A stretch of DNA of 64,000 nucleotides, taken from positions 1-64,000 of the forward strand of contig JAYTOU010000091.1 of the NCBI GenBank assembly GCA_043747615.1, read 5' to 3'. Under the pieces are notes generated by a model. That model saw only the letters and a program-made list of their open reading frames with translations, did no database searches and had not been told where the DNA came from. The translations under genes and the position numbers were made by a program. This document shows positions 18,814-29,119 of the stretch, in pieces (within the stretch, counting starts at the first letter, position 1; each line of letters starts with the position of its first letter). The DNA comes from Myxococcales bacterium. Lineage in GTDB: Bacteria; Myxococcota_A; Polyangia; Polyangiales; Polyangiaceae.

Positions 18814-19881
18814 TTAGTAACCGGAGTGCGCGTCCGGCGAGGTGATGCCGGTGTAGTCGCCGATGACCTTCGCGTCGTAGGGGCCGAAGAGCTGGTTGAA
18901 CCCGCTTCCGGAGACGTTGATCGCGCCTTGCGTGAAGACGATCTTTCCCTTGCGATCGATCTCGATCACTTGATGATTGTTCTGATCGCTGATGAGCGTG
19001 TTGCCGCTCTTCAAACGGATGGCGCGGGTGGGGTTCGGGTTCGCGTTGCTCATCGGGCGGGTGTTCGTGGCGAAGGTGAAGACCACGGCCTTTGCGGCGT
19101 TGACTTCGACCACGCGGTTGTTGTTCGCGTCGGTGATGAGGGTGTTTCCGTTAGGTAGGCGGCTCGCGAAGGCGGCGCCGTTCAGGGTCGTCGTGTCGGA
19201 GGGCGAGCCGTACGACCAGACGATGTTCTTCGCGCGATCGACCTCGATGACGCGGTTGTTGTTCTCGTCGGCCATGAGGATGTGACCGTTGCTGAGGAGC
19301 TCCGCGCTGTTCGGGTTGTTGAGTTGGTTCGCGTCCGCCCCGTTCGTGCCGGTCGTGCCGTACTGCCACACGATGTTCTTTTCACCGTCGACCTCGATGA
19401 CGCGGCTATTTCCCTGATCGGTGATGAGGACGTTGCCGTTCGGCAAATACACCGAGCAAACAGGGGTATTCAGCTCGTTCGGACCTGCTCCGGTCACGTT
19501 CGCCTGACCGTACTGCCAGCGAATCGCGCCCTGATGGTCGACGAGGATCACGCGGCTGTCGTTGCATGCCGTGGTGCACGACGGCTCGCTGCCTGCGGGT
19601 GCGCCGGTGCCTGCGATGAGCGTGAAGCTGCCGACCCGCTGCGCGTCGTTGGGCGCGACGACCGACGTCGGTCCGGCCACGCTCGACCCATCACCGAAGG
19701 ACCACACCACGTTGTGATGAGCGTCGATCTCGATGACGCGGTTGTTGAATTGATCCGAGACGAGGATGTTGCCGTGCGATCGGCGAATGGCCTCTTCGGA
19801 AGTATCCGACGAATCGGGAGACGCGCTCGCGCAGCCGAAGGAGGTGAGGGCGAGGACGAGAAGGACGAGTTGCTTGCGCAT
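18814..19881 (-). CDS. Beta-propeller (NHL-like repeat) lipoprotein
   Basis: Lipobox SFG-C; about six repeats of L.NG..LI.D..N.RVIEVD...IVW.YG; AGGAG RBS. Confidence 0.8.
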   Translation of the reverse strand: MRKQLVLLVLALTSFGCASASPDSSDTSEEAIRRSHGNILVSDQFNNRVIEIDAHHNVVWSFGDGSSVAGPTSVVAPNDAQRVGSFTLIAGTGAPAGSEPSCTTACNDSRVILVDHQGAIRWQYGQANVTGAGPNELNTPVCSVYLPNGNVLITDQGNSRVIEVDGEKNIVWQYGTTGTNGADANQLNNPNSAELLSNGHILMADENNNRVIEVDRAKNIVWSYGSPSDTTTLNGAAFASRLPNGNTLITDANNNRVVEVNAAKAVVFTFATNTRPMSNANPNPTRAIRLKSGNTLISDQNNHQVIEIDRKGKIVFTQGAINVSGSGFNQLFGPYDAKVIGDYTGITSPDAHSGY

Positions 19882-19959
19882 TTGATTTAGCTCCTGTGTG
19901 AGGTGATGACGCTATCTACCAGCGAGCCGAGCGCGCACCAGGAGCTCGTTTCGACGGAG

Positions 19960-19980
19960 GCGTTGCCAAATTGGAAACGC
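19960..19980. promoter_or_regulatory. Near-perfect 21-bp palindrome, candidate operator
   Basis: GCGTTGCCAA-A-TTGGAAACGC has one mismatch between arms; a related copy lies at 21052-21072. Confidence 0.55.
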
Positions 19981-20038
19981 TCTATGTGAAGGAAATCCAG
20001 CCTAAAATAAGGTGGATCGCGATGACGATCACGAGCGC

Positions 20039-20998
20039 TCAAGGGCAGTCGTTTGCCGCGCCGGGGGTGCCCATACCGTTGCCGCCGGACCACGCGGTGT
20101 GGGCTGTGCACCAGTCGCTCGCAAGCGAGCTCGCGGCGGTGGTGAGCGTCTTTCGCTGGATGCTCGCTCCGTTGTTGCCGAGCCCGAACGAGCCGTACGC
20201 AACCGACGCGATCTCGGCCGCTGCGCGATTTCGCACGAAGAGCGCGAAGTCGTGCGGGGCGATCGTAAGCTCGGGGCTCGGAGGGACCACGTGCGTGCGA
20301 CGACCGCTTGAGGCGAGCGTGAGCCCACTGAGGAGCTTGGGAGCGCTCGACGTGTTGTAGATCTCGAACCACTCCTCGTTCGGCTCCCTCCCGGCGGGGT
20401 TGAACATCACCTCGTTCACGACAAGCTCGCCAGGAGCGGCAGCAACCGCGCCCGTCGTCGTCGGCGCATCCAGGCTGACCACGTCACGGCCACTATCCGT
20501 TACGGTTGAGGCCTCGGGCGCCCCCGCGTCGTCGTCGGTCGCCGGTCCATCGCACGCGCTCTGCGGGATGTCGCGCTTCACCGCAGGAAGCGCCCGCAAG
20601 TAGGCGACGATCGCCTTCGCCTCGTCATCCGTCATCGCGGAAAATCGCGGCATCACGTCGCACAGCGCCATCGCTTGATCGTCCGTACCCATGCGCATCG
20701 CCCCCATGATCTGAGCGTCGCTCCACATGCCGATTCCCGTCTCGGGGTCGGGAGTGAGATTCTTCGGAAACGCTTTTTTTGCGCCCTTGGGCACGTCGCT
20801 TCCGGAGAGGATGCCGTCGCTCGCAACGGGGGACTGATGGCAGCCTGGACAGCCCTCTTGCGCCACGAACGCCGCCCCTTGCTCGACGAGCGGCGTAGAG
20901 CTCGTCGGCGGATCGAATTGCGGATTGGAAGGTGATCCGAGGGCGCACGCGACAAGCGTGAAGGGAGCGAGGGCGAGGGCGACGCGTTGGGAAAGCAT
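20039..20998 (-). CDS. Monoheme cytochrome c lipoprotein fused to a lamin-tail-like domain
   Basis: Lipobox LVA-C, CPGCH heme motif, NLTPDPETGIG.W, MP (distal Met); C-terminal NEVMFNP..EWFEIYN..GTPG.AN. Confidence 0.8.
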   Translation of the reverse strand: MLSQRVALALAPFTLVACALGSPSNPQFDPPTSSTPLVEQGAAFVAQEGCPGCHQSPVASDGILSGSDVPKGAKKAFPKNLTPDPETGIGMWSDAQIMGAMRMGTDDQAMALCDVMPRFSAMTDDEAKAIVAYLRALPAVKRDIPQSACDGPATDDDAGAPEASTVTDSGRDVVSLDAPTTTGAVAAAPGELVVNEVMFNPAGREPNEEWFEIYNTSSAPKLLSGLTLASSGRRTHVVPPSPELTIAPHDFALFVRNRAAAEIASVAYGSFGLGNNGASIQRKTLTTAASSLASDWCTAHTAWSGGNGMGTPGAANDCP

Positions 20999-21051
20999 GC
21001 GTCCGCTTTAGCAACCTCGTTCCAATCAACCAGACGGTGAGATGGACACGA

Positions 21052-21072
21052 GGCTTGCCTATTTAGAAACGC
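21052..21072. promoter_or_regulatory. Second copy of the candidate operator
   Basis: GGCTTGCCTATTTAGAAACGC matches 19960-19980 at 16 of 21 positions, in the same orientation. Confidence 0.45.
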
Positions 21073-21203
21073 CGCACTCGAGCGGAACCGCGCTACCGAA
21101 CGGCGGAATCGACCATCTCAGTCCTCAAGCCCACGGGCATGCGTTGACCCAGCCATGAACCCTCCGCACCAGCTCACTCACTAACCAAACCGGGAGATCG
21201 CCT

Positions 21204-23291
21204 GTGAAGAAAGTTCAGATCGTGGCAGCGAAGCGCGCAAAAGACGAGACCACCGCGGGGAACGCAGGGGACCTTCACCAGATCGCGGGTGGTGCGCACC
21301 CACCGCTGACCACGAACCAGGGTCTCCCGATTTCGGACAACCAGAACTCGCTGCGCTCCCATCCGCGGGGTCCGACCTTGCTCGAGGATTTCATCCTCCG
21401 CGAGAAGATCACGCACTTCGATCACGAGCGGATCCCCGAGCGCATCGTGCACGCGCGCGGCACCGGCGTGCACGGATTTTTCGAGCTCACCAAATCGCTC
21501 TCGAAATTCACCACCGCGAAGGTGCTCAGCGAAGTCGGGGTCAAAACGCCCCTTTTCACGCGCTTTTCTACGGTGGCGGGAGGCTCGGGTTCGGTCGACA
21601 CACCGCGAGACGTGCGCGGTTTCGCGGTGAAGCTCTACACGAAGGAAGGGAACTGGGACCTCGTCGGCAACAACATTCCCGTCTTCTTCATTCAAGATGC
21701 AATCAAGTTTCCCGATCTCGTTCACGCCCTGAAGATGGAGCCCGATCGCGGCTTCCCGCAGTCCGCCACGGCGCACGACAACTTCTGGGATTTCATCTCG
21801 CTCACGCCCGAGTCGATGCACATGGTCATGTGGATCATGTCCGACCGAACCCTACCCCGCTCGCTGCGGATGATGGAGGGCTTCGGGATCCACAGCTTCC
21901 GCTTGATCAACGCCGCGGGGGAGTCGACCTTCGTGAAGTTCCACTGGCGCCCCAAGCTCGGGCTCCAGTCGACGATCTGGGACGAGACGGTAAAGCTCGC
22001 TGGAGCTGATCCCGATTTTCATCGTCGAGACATGTTCGAGGCGGTCGAGGCCGGGAATTTCCCGGAGTGGGAGCTTGCGGTGCAGCTCTTCACCGAGAAA
22101 GAGGCGGACAAGCTCCCGTTCGATCACCTCGACCCCACCAAGCTCATTCCGGAGGAGACCATTCCGCTCCAGGTGATCGGACGAATGGTGCTCGATCGCT
22201 GGCCGGACAATTTCTTCGCCGAGACCGAGCAGGTCGCTTTTTGCCCATCTCACCTCGTACCAGGGATCGATTTTTCGAACGATCCACTGCTCCAGGGCCG
22301 CCTCTTCTCGTACCTCGATACGCAGCTCTCCCGACTCGGCTCGCCGAACTTTCACCAGATCCCGGTGAACGCGCCGAAGTGTCCTTTCGCGAACCATCAA
22401 CGCGACGGTCACATGCAGATGGCGCAACCCAAAGGGAGCGTGAACTACGAACCAAACTCGCTCGCCAAAGATTCGCCGCGAGAGATCCCCAGCCGGGGCT
22501 TCCGATCGGCGGCGGTAGAAGAGAGCGGCAAAAGGGGCCGCATCCGCAGCGAGACCTTCGCCGATCACTACTCACAGGCTCGTCAATTCTACCGGAGCCA
22601 GACGAAATACGAGCAAGCCCACCTGGCCTCGGCCCTGGTGTTCGAGCTCTCCAAGGTCGCCCATTTGCATGTCCGCGAAGCCATGGTTGGTCACCTTCGT
22701 CACATCGACGAGAGCCTCGCCAAGCGCGTCGCGGACGGCCTTGGGCTGGGTAAGCTTCCGGACGCGCCCGCTGCGGCCGCCGAGGTGAAGACCATGAAGC
22801 CGTCGCCCGCGCTGCAGATCATCGGCAAGATGAAGGACACCCTCGAGGGCAGAGCGGTGGGAATTCTCATCGCCGATGGGTCGGACGGTAAAGCGCTGAA
22901 GGCTGCGAAAAAAGCGGCAATCGACGCAGGCGCGAGCGTCAAGATCGTGGCTCCCAAGGTGGGCTCGACCACCCTCGCCGATGGCTCGGCGGTGAAGCCC
23001 GACGGGCAGCTCGCGGGAACGCCGTCGGTCGTCTTCGACGCCGTCGTGGTCATCCTCTCCGACGCGGGGGCCAAGCTCCTCTCCAAGGAAGCAGCTGCGA
23101 TCGACTTCGTGCGCGATGCCTTCGGTCACCTCAAGGCTATCGGCGTCGATCTCGGCGGGATCACGCTCTTGAAAAACGCGCTCATCGCGCCGGACGCAGG
23201 CGTGATCGAGATCAGCGACACGCCAGCCTTCGTGGCGGCCGCAAAGACCCGCCAGTGGGACCGCGAAGCGTCCTTGCGAACGCTCGCGTGA
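21204..23291 (+). CDS. katE: Large-subunit monofunctional catalase (HPII/KatE type)
   Basis: [29 protein letters not shown] and a C-terminal DJ-1-like domain; GGGAGA RBS. Confidence 0.95.
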   Translation: MKKVQIVAAKRAKDETTAGNAGDLHQIAGGAHPPLTTNQGLPISDNQNSLRSHPRGPTLLEDFILREKITHFDHERIPERIVHARGTGVHGFFELTKSLSKFTTAKVLSEVGVKTPLFTRFSTVAGGSGSVDTPRDVRGFAVKLYTKEGNWDLVGNNIPVFFIQDAIKFPDLVHALKMEPDRGFPQSATAHDNFWDFISLTPESMHMVMWIMSDRTLPRSLRMMEGFGIHSFRLINAAGESTFVKFHWRPKLGLQSTIWDETVKLAGADPDFHRRDMFEAVEAGNFPEWELAVQLFTEKEADKLPFDHLDPTKLIPEETIPLQVIGRMVLDRWPDNFFAETEQVAFCPSHLVPGIDFSNDPLLQGRLFSYLDTQLSRLGSPNFHQIPVNAPKCPFANHQRDGHMQMAQPKGSVNYEPNSLAKDSPREIPSRGFRSAAVEESGKRGRIRSETFADHYSQARQFYRSQTKYEQAHLASALVFELSKVAHLHVREAMVGHLRHIDESLAKRVADGLGLGKLPDAPAAAAEVKTMKPSPALQIIGKMKDTLEGRAVGILIADGSDGKALKAAKKAAIDAGASVKIVAPKVGSTTLADGSAVKPDGQLAGTPSVVFDAVVVILSDAGAKLLSKEAAAIDFVRDAFGHLKAIGVDLGGITLLKNALIAPDAGVIEISDTPAFVAAAKTRQWDREASLRTLA

Positions 23292-23304
23292 GCGCCTCAG
23301 CCCA

Positions 23305-23868
23305 TCAGGGCCGCGGCGCGAAGCGGATGCCAAGGAGCCCGGTTCCCCCGAGAATCGCTGAAGGGAACATCCATTCGATCTCGCCGCGCGCGCCGAGGAA
23401 GACGGCGACACTGTCCGTGGTCACGACGTCGAAGCTCGCCGAAGCGCGCAGGCCGATGCCGAGGTGAGGCGTGATCGCGCTGCCGTCGGTCACGCGCCAG
23501 AACGCGAAGCCCGCGATGGGCACGCCCACGCCGACGCGAAAACGATCGAAGACGGCGTCGAGCGACGGAGTCAGCGTGAGCATGCGCGCCCTCAGCCCGT
23601 GCGGGGTCGTTCCCTCCTCGTAGCCAAAGGTCGCGCCGACGGCGAGGTTCTCGAGAACGCGACCCCTCACGCCGAGCTCCCCGGTGCCCATGACGAGCGG
23701 CAGCCCGAAGACGCCACGAACCGCCGGACCACCGGCCGCGTGGACCTCGACGCGGGGAACGAATTTCGGAGGGGGCGCGGCTTCGCCCGTGGCCTCGTCG
23801 TCGGCGCGGGCGATCGTCGGCGAGGCAGCCACTGCAAGCGCGAAGAGAGCGGCGACCGCGCCCCTCAT
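23305..23868 (-). CDS. Hypothetical exported protein, probable small beta-barrel
   Basis: Signal peptide ending ARA-D, amphipathic strands, LGIRF near the C-terminus; ATGA overlap with the upstream gene. Confidence 0.6.
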   Translation of the reverse strand: MRGAVAALFALAVAASPTIARADDEATGEAAPPPKFVPRVEVHAAGGPAVRGVFGLPLVMGTGELGVRGRVLENLAVGATFGYEEGTTPHGLRARMLTLTPSLDAVFDRFRVGVGVPIAGFAFWRVTDGSAITPHLGIGLRASASFDVVTTDSVAVFLGARGEIEWMFPSAILGGTGLLGIRFAPRP

Positions 23869-24308
23869 TGGTGACACACCGGCGCGTGGCTGTCCGACTG
23901 AACGGTGCCATTCGACGGATCGTAATGCGAGTCTCCGCCGCGACGGAACACGTCAATGTACGGCTTTGCCTTCTGCGCGCGTGCACACACGCCCGAGCTG
24001 ATGAGGGCGCCGCACTTCGCGCCGAGGATGCACTTGCTCTCGGGGAGGCTGAGCGCCGGGCTCTCGTTGTCCGTCGTGCTCGGGTCGCCGCACGATCCTG
24101 CGGTGTAGTCGTGGTGGTACTGGCAGACGACCGCGTGGGTGTCGAAGCCGGGGCAGCACTCGCCGAGGTACGCGACCGCCTCCTCGCAGTAGGCGACGTC
24201 TTCCCGAAAATTGTCGTGGTCGTGGACGTCGGCACTGCACGCGATGAGCGCCGAGAAGAGCGCCCCCGCCGCGTACGCGCCCTTCCCCGCCGTCGTTCGT
24301 GATCTCAT
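23865..24308 (-). CDS. Cys-rich hypothetical lipoprotein
   Basis: Lipobox LIA-C; CEEAVAYLGECCPGF motif. Confidence 0.65.
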   Translation of the reverse strand: MRSRTTAGKGAYAAGALFSALIACSADVHDHDNFREDVAYCEEAVAYLGECCPGFDTHAVVCQYHHDYTAGSCGDPSTTDNESPALSLPESKCILGAKCGALISSGVCARAQKAKPYIDVFRRGGDSHYDPSNGTVQSDSHAPVCHQ

Positions 24309-24321
24309 TTCCAACGTACGC

Positions 24322-24337
24322 AGCAATCGTCGTGCCG
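24322..24337 (-). promoter_or_regulatory. Sigma54 (-24/-12) promoter candidate
   Basis: Minus strand CGGCACGACGATTGCT matches YGGCACG-N4-TTGC with GG-N10-GC spacing, just upstream of the 24308 start. Confidence 0.55.
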
Positions 24338-24453
24338 CGTGATATGCAGCATGATTTGCGTATGATTCGCTGGCGATCGCGAACGCTTCGGTGTCGCCTT
24401 CTTGCGTCACCCTCGGCGGCGCCGAACGACATGGCGCTCGAAAAATCGCTCCG

Positions 24454-24855
24454 CTACGGTTCCACGAGCTCGACGAGAACGCCGCCCGTCGCCTTCGGAT
24501 GGATGAACGCCACCTTGTGCCCGCGAGCGCCGATGCGCGGCGTCTCGTCGATCAACGGAACGCCAATCCCCTTCAAAAAGGCCAGCGCCGCTTCGATTCC
24601 CTCGACCTCGACAGCGATGTGATGGAGGCCCGGTCCCCGCTTCTGCAAAAACTTCTCGAGCCCAGCATTTCCCTTTGGGGAGATGAGTTCGATGTTTCCA
24701 TCTCCGATCGGCAGGAGCACGGCTTCGGTATTTTGCGACGCCACGAGCTCACGGGAGCGCGGCACCAAACCAAACACCTCTTGGTACTTCTTCACGGCTT
24801 CGTCGATGTCGCTGACGCATACCGCTACGTGATCGATTTTCTTGATCGCGAACAT
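24454..24855 (-). CDS. mce: Methylmalonyl-CoA epimerase
   Basis: IDHVAVCV, IELISP, FLQKRGPGLHHIA, VAFIHPKATGGVLVELVE. Confidence 0.9.
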   Translation of the reverse strand: MFAIKKIDHVAVCVSDIDEAVKKYQEVFGLVPRSRELVASQNTEAVLLPIGDGNIELISPKGNAGLEKFLQKRGPGLHHIAVEVEGIEAALAFLKGIGVPLIDETPRIGARGHKVAFIHPKATGGVLVELVEP

Positions 24856-24914
24856 CTGCCACTCATAAATCATCCCCGTAGCGGCGCGCCAAGATTCCGC
24901 CTATCGTTCGCGAA

Positions 24915-25532
24915 ATGTGCTCTTCCGCGTGGCTAAAAGCAGCGACTCTCGGTGTCTTGTTGTTCGTTCTCGAAGGCTGTGGCGCGAGCCTGGCTCAGCC
25001 GTTCGACGCGATGAAGAACGCTCCCGTCACCGCCTATCGACTCCAGAACTACGAGCCCCCCCCTCCGGCGCCGAATGCACCGGCGACGGCGGGCGCGTTT
25101 CAGCTCCCTCCGCAGATCCAGCAATGGATGACGGCGGGCGCGGCGATGCTTCCGCCCGGCCTCCTTCCCCCGGGGCTCATCCCTGGCAGCAGCACCGCAC
25201 CGGTCGCGCCGCAGCAGCAGGTCGCGCGCTTCCACGACTTCCGCATTCTCGGCTGGCAAAACATGACTGACGCGAAGAACCACGACGAGCTGATGGACAT
25301 CATGGGTAAGGAAGCGAACTTCGAAGTGCCGCGTGAGAACTGCATGTTTGCCGAGTTTGGATTCTCGATCGCCCAGGTCAATCAGCCCCCGGCGGACATC
25401 CTCATCTCGCTGTCGTGCAACCAGATTCGGAGCTTCGGCTTCGCGTGGCCGCATGGCTCGAAGACCGGGCTGAGCGCCGACACAACCAAGCGCATCATCG
25501 CCGTCATGCAAAAGAACTTCGGCGGCACCTGA
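24915..25532 (+). CDS. Hypothetical lipoprotein
   Basis: Lipobox LEG-C and a Pro-rich segment. Confidence 0.65.
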   Translation: MCSSAWLKAATLGVLLFVLEGCGASLAQPFDAMKNAPVTAYRLQNYEPPPPAPNAPATAGAFQLPPQIQQWMTAGAAMLPPGLLPPGLIPGSSTAPVAPQQQVARFHDFRILGWQNMTDAKNHDELMDIMGKEANFEVPRENCMFAEFGFSIAQVNQPPADILISLSCNQIRSFGFAWPHGSKTGLSADTTKRIIAVMQKNFGGT

Positions 25533-25558
25533 TTCCAGCCGCCATCCGGCGCTAGAGA

Positions 25559-28204
25559 ATGACCGCGCGACCCCTGGTCTCGTACGAGCCGAACCCGCTC
25601 CTGGGGTGGCTGTACCAGCGCTTTTTCGAGCACATACAGGTCGACGAAGCGTGGGCCAATCGCGTGCGCGAGGCCGACGCGCGCGGAACGGTGGTCTATG
25701 TCCTGCGCAATCTGTCCTTCGTGGATTTTTTTGCTCTCGACCATCTCACGAAGCGACTGAAGCTCCCTCGTGTCCTCTTCGCGAACGATCTCGGCCTCTC
25801 CGTTCTAGAGCCGATGGGCCGCGGATGGTGGAACGCGTTCGCCCCGCGAAGCGAAGAAGCCGACGCCGATGATCTGCGCCGCGCCGTTGCATCCGGAGCG
25901 TCGGCTGCCCTTTTTTTGAAACGGCCACCGACGTTGCTCGAGCCGAGCGCACGCGGAAAATCCCAAGGCGACGCCTACATCCGCGCGCTCTTCGAAGTGC
26001 AGCGGACGAGCAAGCGTCCGATCCTCCTCGTGCCGCAGGTGTTCGTGTGGTCCAAGCAGCCGGATGCCGCCGAGCACAGCGCGATCGACGCGGTCTTAGG
26101 GCCGCGTGAGTGGCCCGGGAAAATTCGCACCGTCGCTCAGTTTCTCGCGAACTACCGCCACGTCACGCTCCGCGCCGGCGATCCGGTCGACGTGAAAACA
26201 TTTCTCGCCCAGCAAGCCCAGGAAGAGGGCCCGCAGCGACCCGCTCCAACCGACGACGTCCTCGTTCGTCGCATCACCTATACGCTCCTTCGCCGCCTCG
26301 AACGCGAGCGCCGCGGAGTAATTGGCCCGACGAAGAAGCCGCCTGACCGCATGCGCGAAGAGGTGGTGCGAAGCCCCAGGCTTCAAAAAGTGATCACGGA
26401 CATGTCCGGTGGGGGCGAGGCCGAGCGGCGGGTGATGACCTGGCGCGCGCTCGCCATGCTGCGCGAGATGGAAGCCTCGCTCGACATGAACACCATCGCG
26501 GCGATCGATGCGGGCTTCGAGCAAGTGGTCACTCGAATTTTTTCTGCGCTGGAGATCGACGAAGAGGGCATCGAGCGACTTCGCGCGGCGACCAAGGACG
26601 GGACGGTCATCTTCCTCCCAAGCCACAAGTCGCACATCGATTACATCGTCCTCGCGTACGTCCTCTATCGACAGCACATCCAGCTGCCAGTTATCGCCGC
26701 CGGCGAAAATTTGAACTTCATGCCGCTCGGGCCGATTTTGCGGCGAGCGGGCGCTTTCTTCATCCGCCGCAGCTTCAAGGGCGATCGCCTCTACGGCGCG
26801 GTCGTCGACGCGTACATGCGGCGGCTGGTGATCGACGGCTGGGGTCTCGAGTTTTTCCTCGAAGGAGGGCGCTCGCGCACTGGAAAGCTCCTTCCGCCGA
26901 AGGTGGGCCTCTTGTCGCTGGTGGTCGATGCAGCCATTGGCGTCACCGCCCGAAAAATTTATTTTGCCCCTGTGTCCATCGGATACGAGCGCGTCGTCGA
27001 GGAAAAATCGTACGTGCGCGAGCTCTCGGGAGGCGAGAAGCAAAAGGAGGACGTGCGCGGTCTCCTCTCCAGCGCCGCGGTTCTCAGCGGGCGGTACGGT
27101 CGGGTCAACGTTCAGTTCGGCGAGCTCCTCACGCTCGAAGGTGTCCTTCGCGAGTTCGAGCCCAACGGCGATGGCCCGACGCTCACGAACTTGACGCCCG
27201 CGCGCAAGCGGGCCGTCGTCACCCGCCTCGCGTACCGCGTGATGAACGAGATCAACCGGGTGACCGCCGTCACGCCGGGCGCGCTCGTGGCCACCGCACT
27301 CCTCACCCACGAGCAACGAGGGATGGGGCACGAAGACCTGCTGCGCGCTTGTCACCGTCTCGCAAAGATCCTTCGCTCCTTCGGAGCACGGTTCGCTCCT
27401 TCGCTCGTTCACCCCCAAAACGCCGACCTCATCCGGGATGGCGCGGTACGCGAAGCGTGCGAGCTCTTCGTTCGCGCGGGGCACGTGCAGGTTCGCTTGC
27501 CGGGTCGAACGCTTACTCCTCATCAGGCAAACACCGTATTCAAAGCGGGGACGACGGTCGACGACGCCATTTACATCGTGCCCGACGAAGCGCGGCTCTC
27601 CCTCGATCTGGCGAAGAACATCGTCGTTCACTTCTTCGTCTCACGCGCAATGGTGGCGACAGTGCTCCTCGCCTCACGCACCTCACTTGCGCCCGTCTTG
27701 TTGCGCGAGCGCGTGCAGTCACTCTCCCGCCTCTTCAAGTACGAGTTCAAGTTCCGCGCCGACGCCACCTTCGATCAGATCTTCGATGACACCCTCGCGC
27801 AGATGACACGCGACGGTGAGGTCGCGTATGAGGGGGCGCACGTCGTCCTCGGTCCGGAGGACGGGAACGTGAATCTGTACGCGCAGGCCGTGAGAAATTT
27901 CGTCGAGGCCTACCGCGTGGCCGCTCGCGCTCTTGCCGCGCTCCTCAAGGGCCCGCTCACCGCAAAGGAGCTCACCAAGCGCGCCATCGCCACCGGTGAG
28001 CGGATGTTCCTAGCGGGGGACATCGAGCGCCGCGAAGCCGTCAGCCGCCCGGTGATCGAGAACGCCTTCGCGTCCTTCGTCGACCAGGGTTACCTCACGC
28101 GCGGCGACGGAAAATTCAGCCTTCCCGAGTCGTACGCCAACGCCACCACCGTCCGCACGATCGAAGCAAAATTGAGCGGGTTCACCCTGCCGAAGCTCGC
28201 GTGA
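25559..28204 (+). CDS. plsB: Glycerol-3-phosphate 1-O-acyltransferase
   Basis: HKSHIDY (HxxxxD), GAFFIRR, FFLEGGRSRTGK and PVSIGYE. Confidence 0.92.
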   Translation: MTARPLVSYEPNPLLGWLYQRFFEHIQVDEAWANRVREADARGTVVYVLRNLSFVDFFALDHLTKRLKLPRVLFANDLGLSVLEPMGRGWWNAFAPRSEEADADDLRRAVASGASAALFLKRPPTLLEPSARGKSQGDAYIRALFEVQRTSKRPILLVPQVFVWSKQPDAAEHSAIDAVLGPREWPGKIRTVAQFLANYRHVTLRAGDPVDVKTFLAQQAQEEGPQRPAPTDDVLVRRITYTLLRRLERERRGVIGPTKKPPDRMREEVVRSPRLQKVITDMSGGGEAERRVMTWRALAMLREMEASLDMNTIAAIDAGFEQVVTRIFSALEIDEEGIERLRAATKDGTVIFLPSHKSHIDYIVLAYVLYRQHIQLPVIAAGENLNFMPLGPILRRAGAFFIRRSFKGDRLYGAVVDAYMRRLVIDGWGLEFFLEGGRSRTGKLLPPKVGLLSLVVDAAIGVTARKIYFAPVSIGYERVVEEKSYVRELSGGEKQKEDVRGLLSSAAVLSGRYGRVNVQFGELLTLEGVLREFEPNGDGPTLTNLTPARKRAVVTRLAYRVMNEINRVTAVTPGALVATALLTHEQRGMGHEDLLRACHRLAKILRSFGARFAPSLVHPQNADLIRDGAVREACELFVRAGHVQVRLPGRTLTPHQANTVFKAGTTVDDAIYIVPDEARLSLDLAKNIVVHFFVSRAMVATVLLASRTSLAPVLLRERVQSLSRLFKYEFKFRADATFDQIFDDTLAQMTRDGEVAYEGAHVVLGPEDGNVNLYAQAVRNFVEAYRVAARALAALLKGPLTAKELTKRAIATGERMFLAGDIERREAVSRPVIENAFASFVDQGYLTRGDGKFSLPESYANATTVRTIEAKLSGFTLPKLA

Positions 28205-28261
28205 TGCGCCTCCTCGGTCGAAGTCTTTGTCGGGCCGGATCGTTCAGCTACCCTACTAGCC

Positions 28262-29119
28262 GTGGGCAAAGGATGGACGTCGCTGGTCGGGCTGCTGCTC
28301 GCTGCCGCCTCGTGCACACAGGCTCCTTCGCCGCTCGCCCCCGCGCTGTCCGGCTCCATCGGCCTACCGCATCGCGGTGTGCTCACCGACGCGGTCGAGA
28401 TGCCGACCGGCGGAGCCGGCTACCGTTTTCTCCGCGACAACGACCGGCACTACGGGCTGTCCCGTTTTGCGAACGCGCTCACCCGAGCCGCAGCGCGCGT
28501 CGATCAGGAGCGGCCGGGTAGTCGTCTCGTCATCGGCGATCTCTCGGTCGCCCGTGGCGGTCGCTTGCTTCCGCATTTGTCCCATCGCACGGGGCGTGAC
28601 GCCGATCTCCTGCTCTACGCGACGACCCTCGAAGGGGCGCCCGTAGAAAGCCCCGGCTTCGTCCACTTCGGCCCCGACGGGCTCGCCTGGGACGACAAGC
28701 ATCAGCGTTTCCTCCGCTTCGACGTCGAGCGCGAATGGATCTTGGTGAGAGCATTGCTCGAAGATCCCGAGGCGCGCATCCAGTGGATGTTCGCGAATCA
28801 CGCCATCGAAGCGTTGCTCGTCGAGTGGGCACGTGCGCGCGGAGAAACGACCGAGCTGGTGTGGCGCGCGGAGGTAGTGCTCCTCGAGCCGCACCCTGGC
28901 GGAGATCACGACGATCACATTCACGTGCGCTCCGCGTGCAGCGACGACGACGTGGCCCACGGTTGCGAGCCCTCGGGCCCGGAGCGCCCTTGGCTCATTT
29001 CGCAGCTAATTTTGGCCACGAACAACGTTTCGGACGAAGCGCGCGAGCTCTTGGTGCCGCTCTCCCCGAGCCGCCAGCACGAAGAGCCTCCGGCGCGCGA
29101 AGTCTCGGCCGGGCGGTGA
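28262..29119 (+). CDS. Penicillin-insensitive murein endopeptidase (MepA-like) lipoprotein
   Basis: SIGLPHRGVL, IGDLS..GG, HLSHRTGRDAD and HDDHIHVR LAS-family motifs; lipobox AAS-C. Confidence 0.8.
   Translation: MGKGWTSLVGLLLAAASCTQAPSPLAPALSGSIGLPHRGVLTDAVEMPTGGAGYRFLRDNDRHYGLSRFANALTRAAARVDQERPGSRLVIGDLSVARGGRLLPHLSHRTGRDADLLLYATTLEGAPVESPGFVHFGPDGLAWDDKHQRFLRFDVEREWILVRALLEDPEARIQWMFANHAIEALLVEWARARGETTELVWRAEVVLLEPHPGGDHDDHIHVRSACSDDDVAHGCEPSGPERPWLISQLILATNNVSDEARELLVPLSPSRQHEEPPAREVSAGR

Noticed and set aside
21010..21026. TTGGAACGAGGTTGCT (minus strand) as a sigma54 promoter for the cytochrome c gene
   Set aside because: GG-to-GC spacing is 9 nt rather than the required 10.
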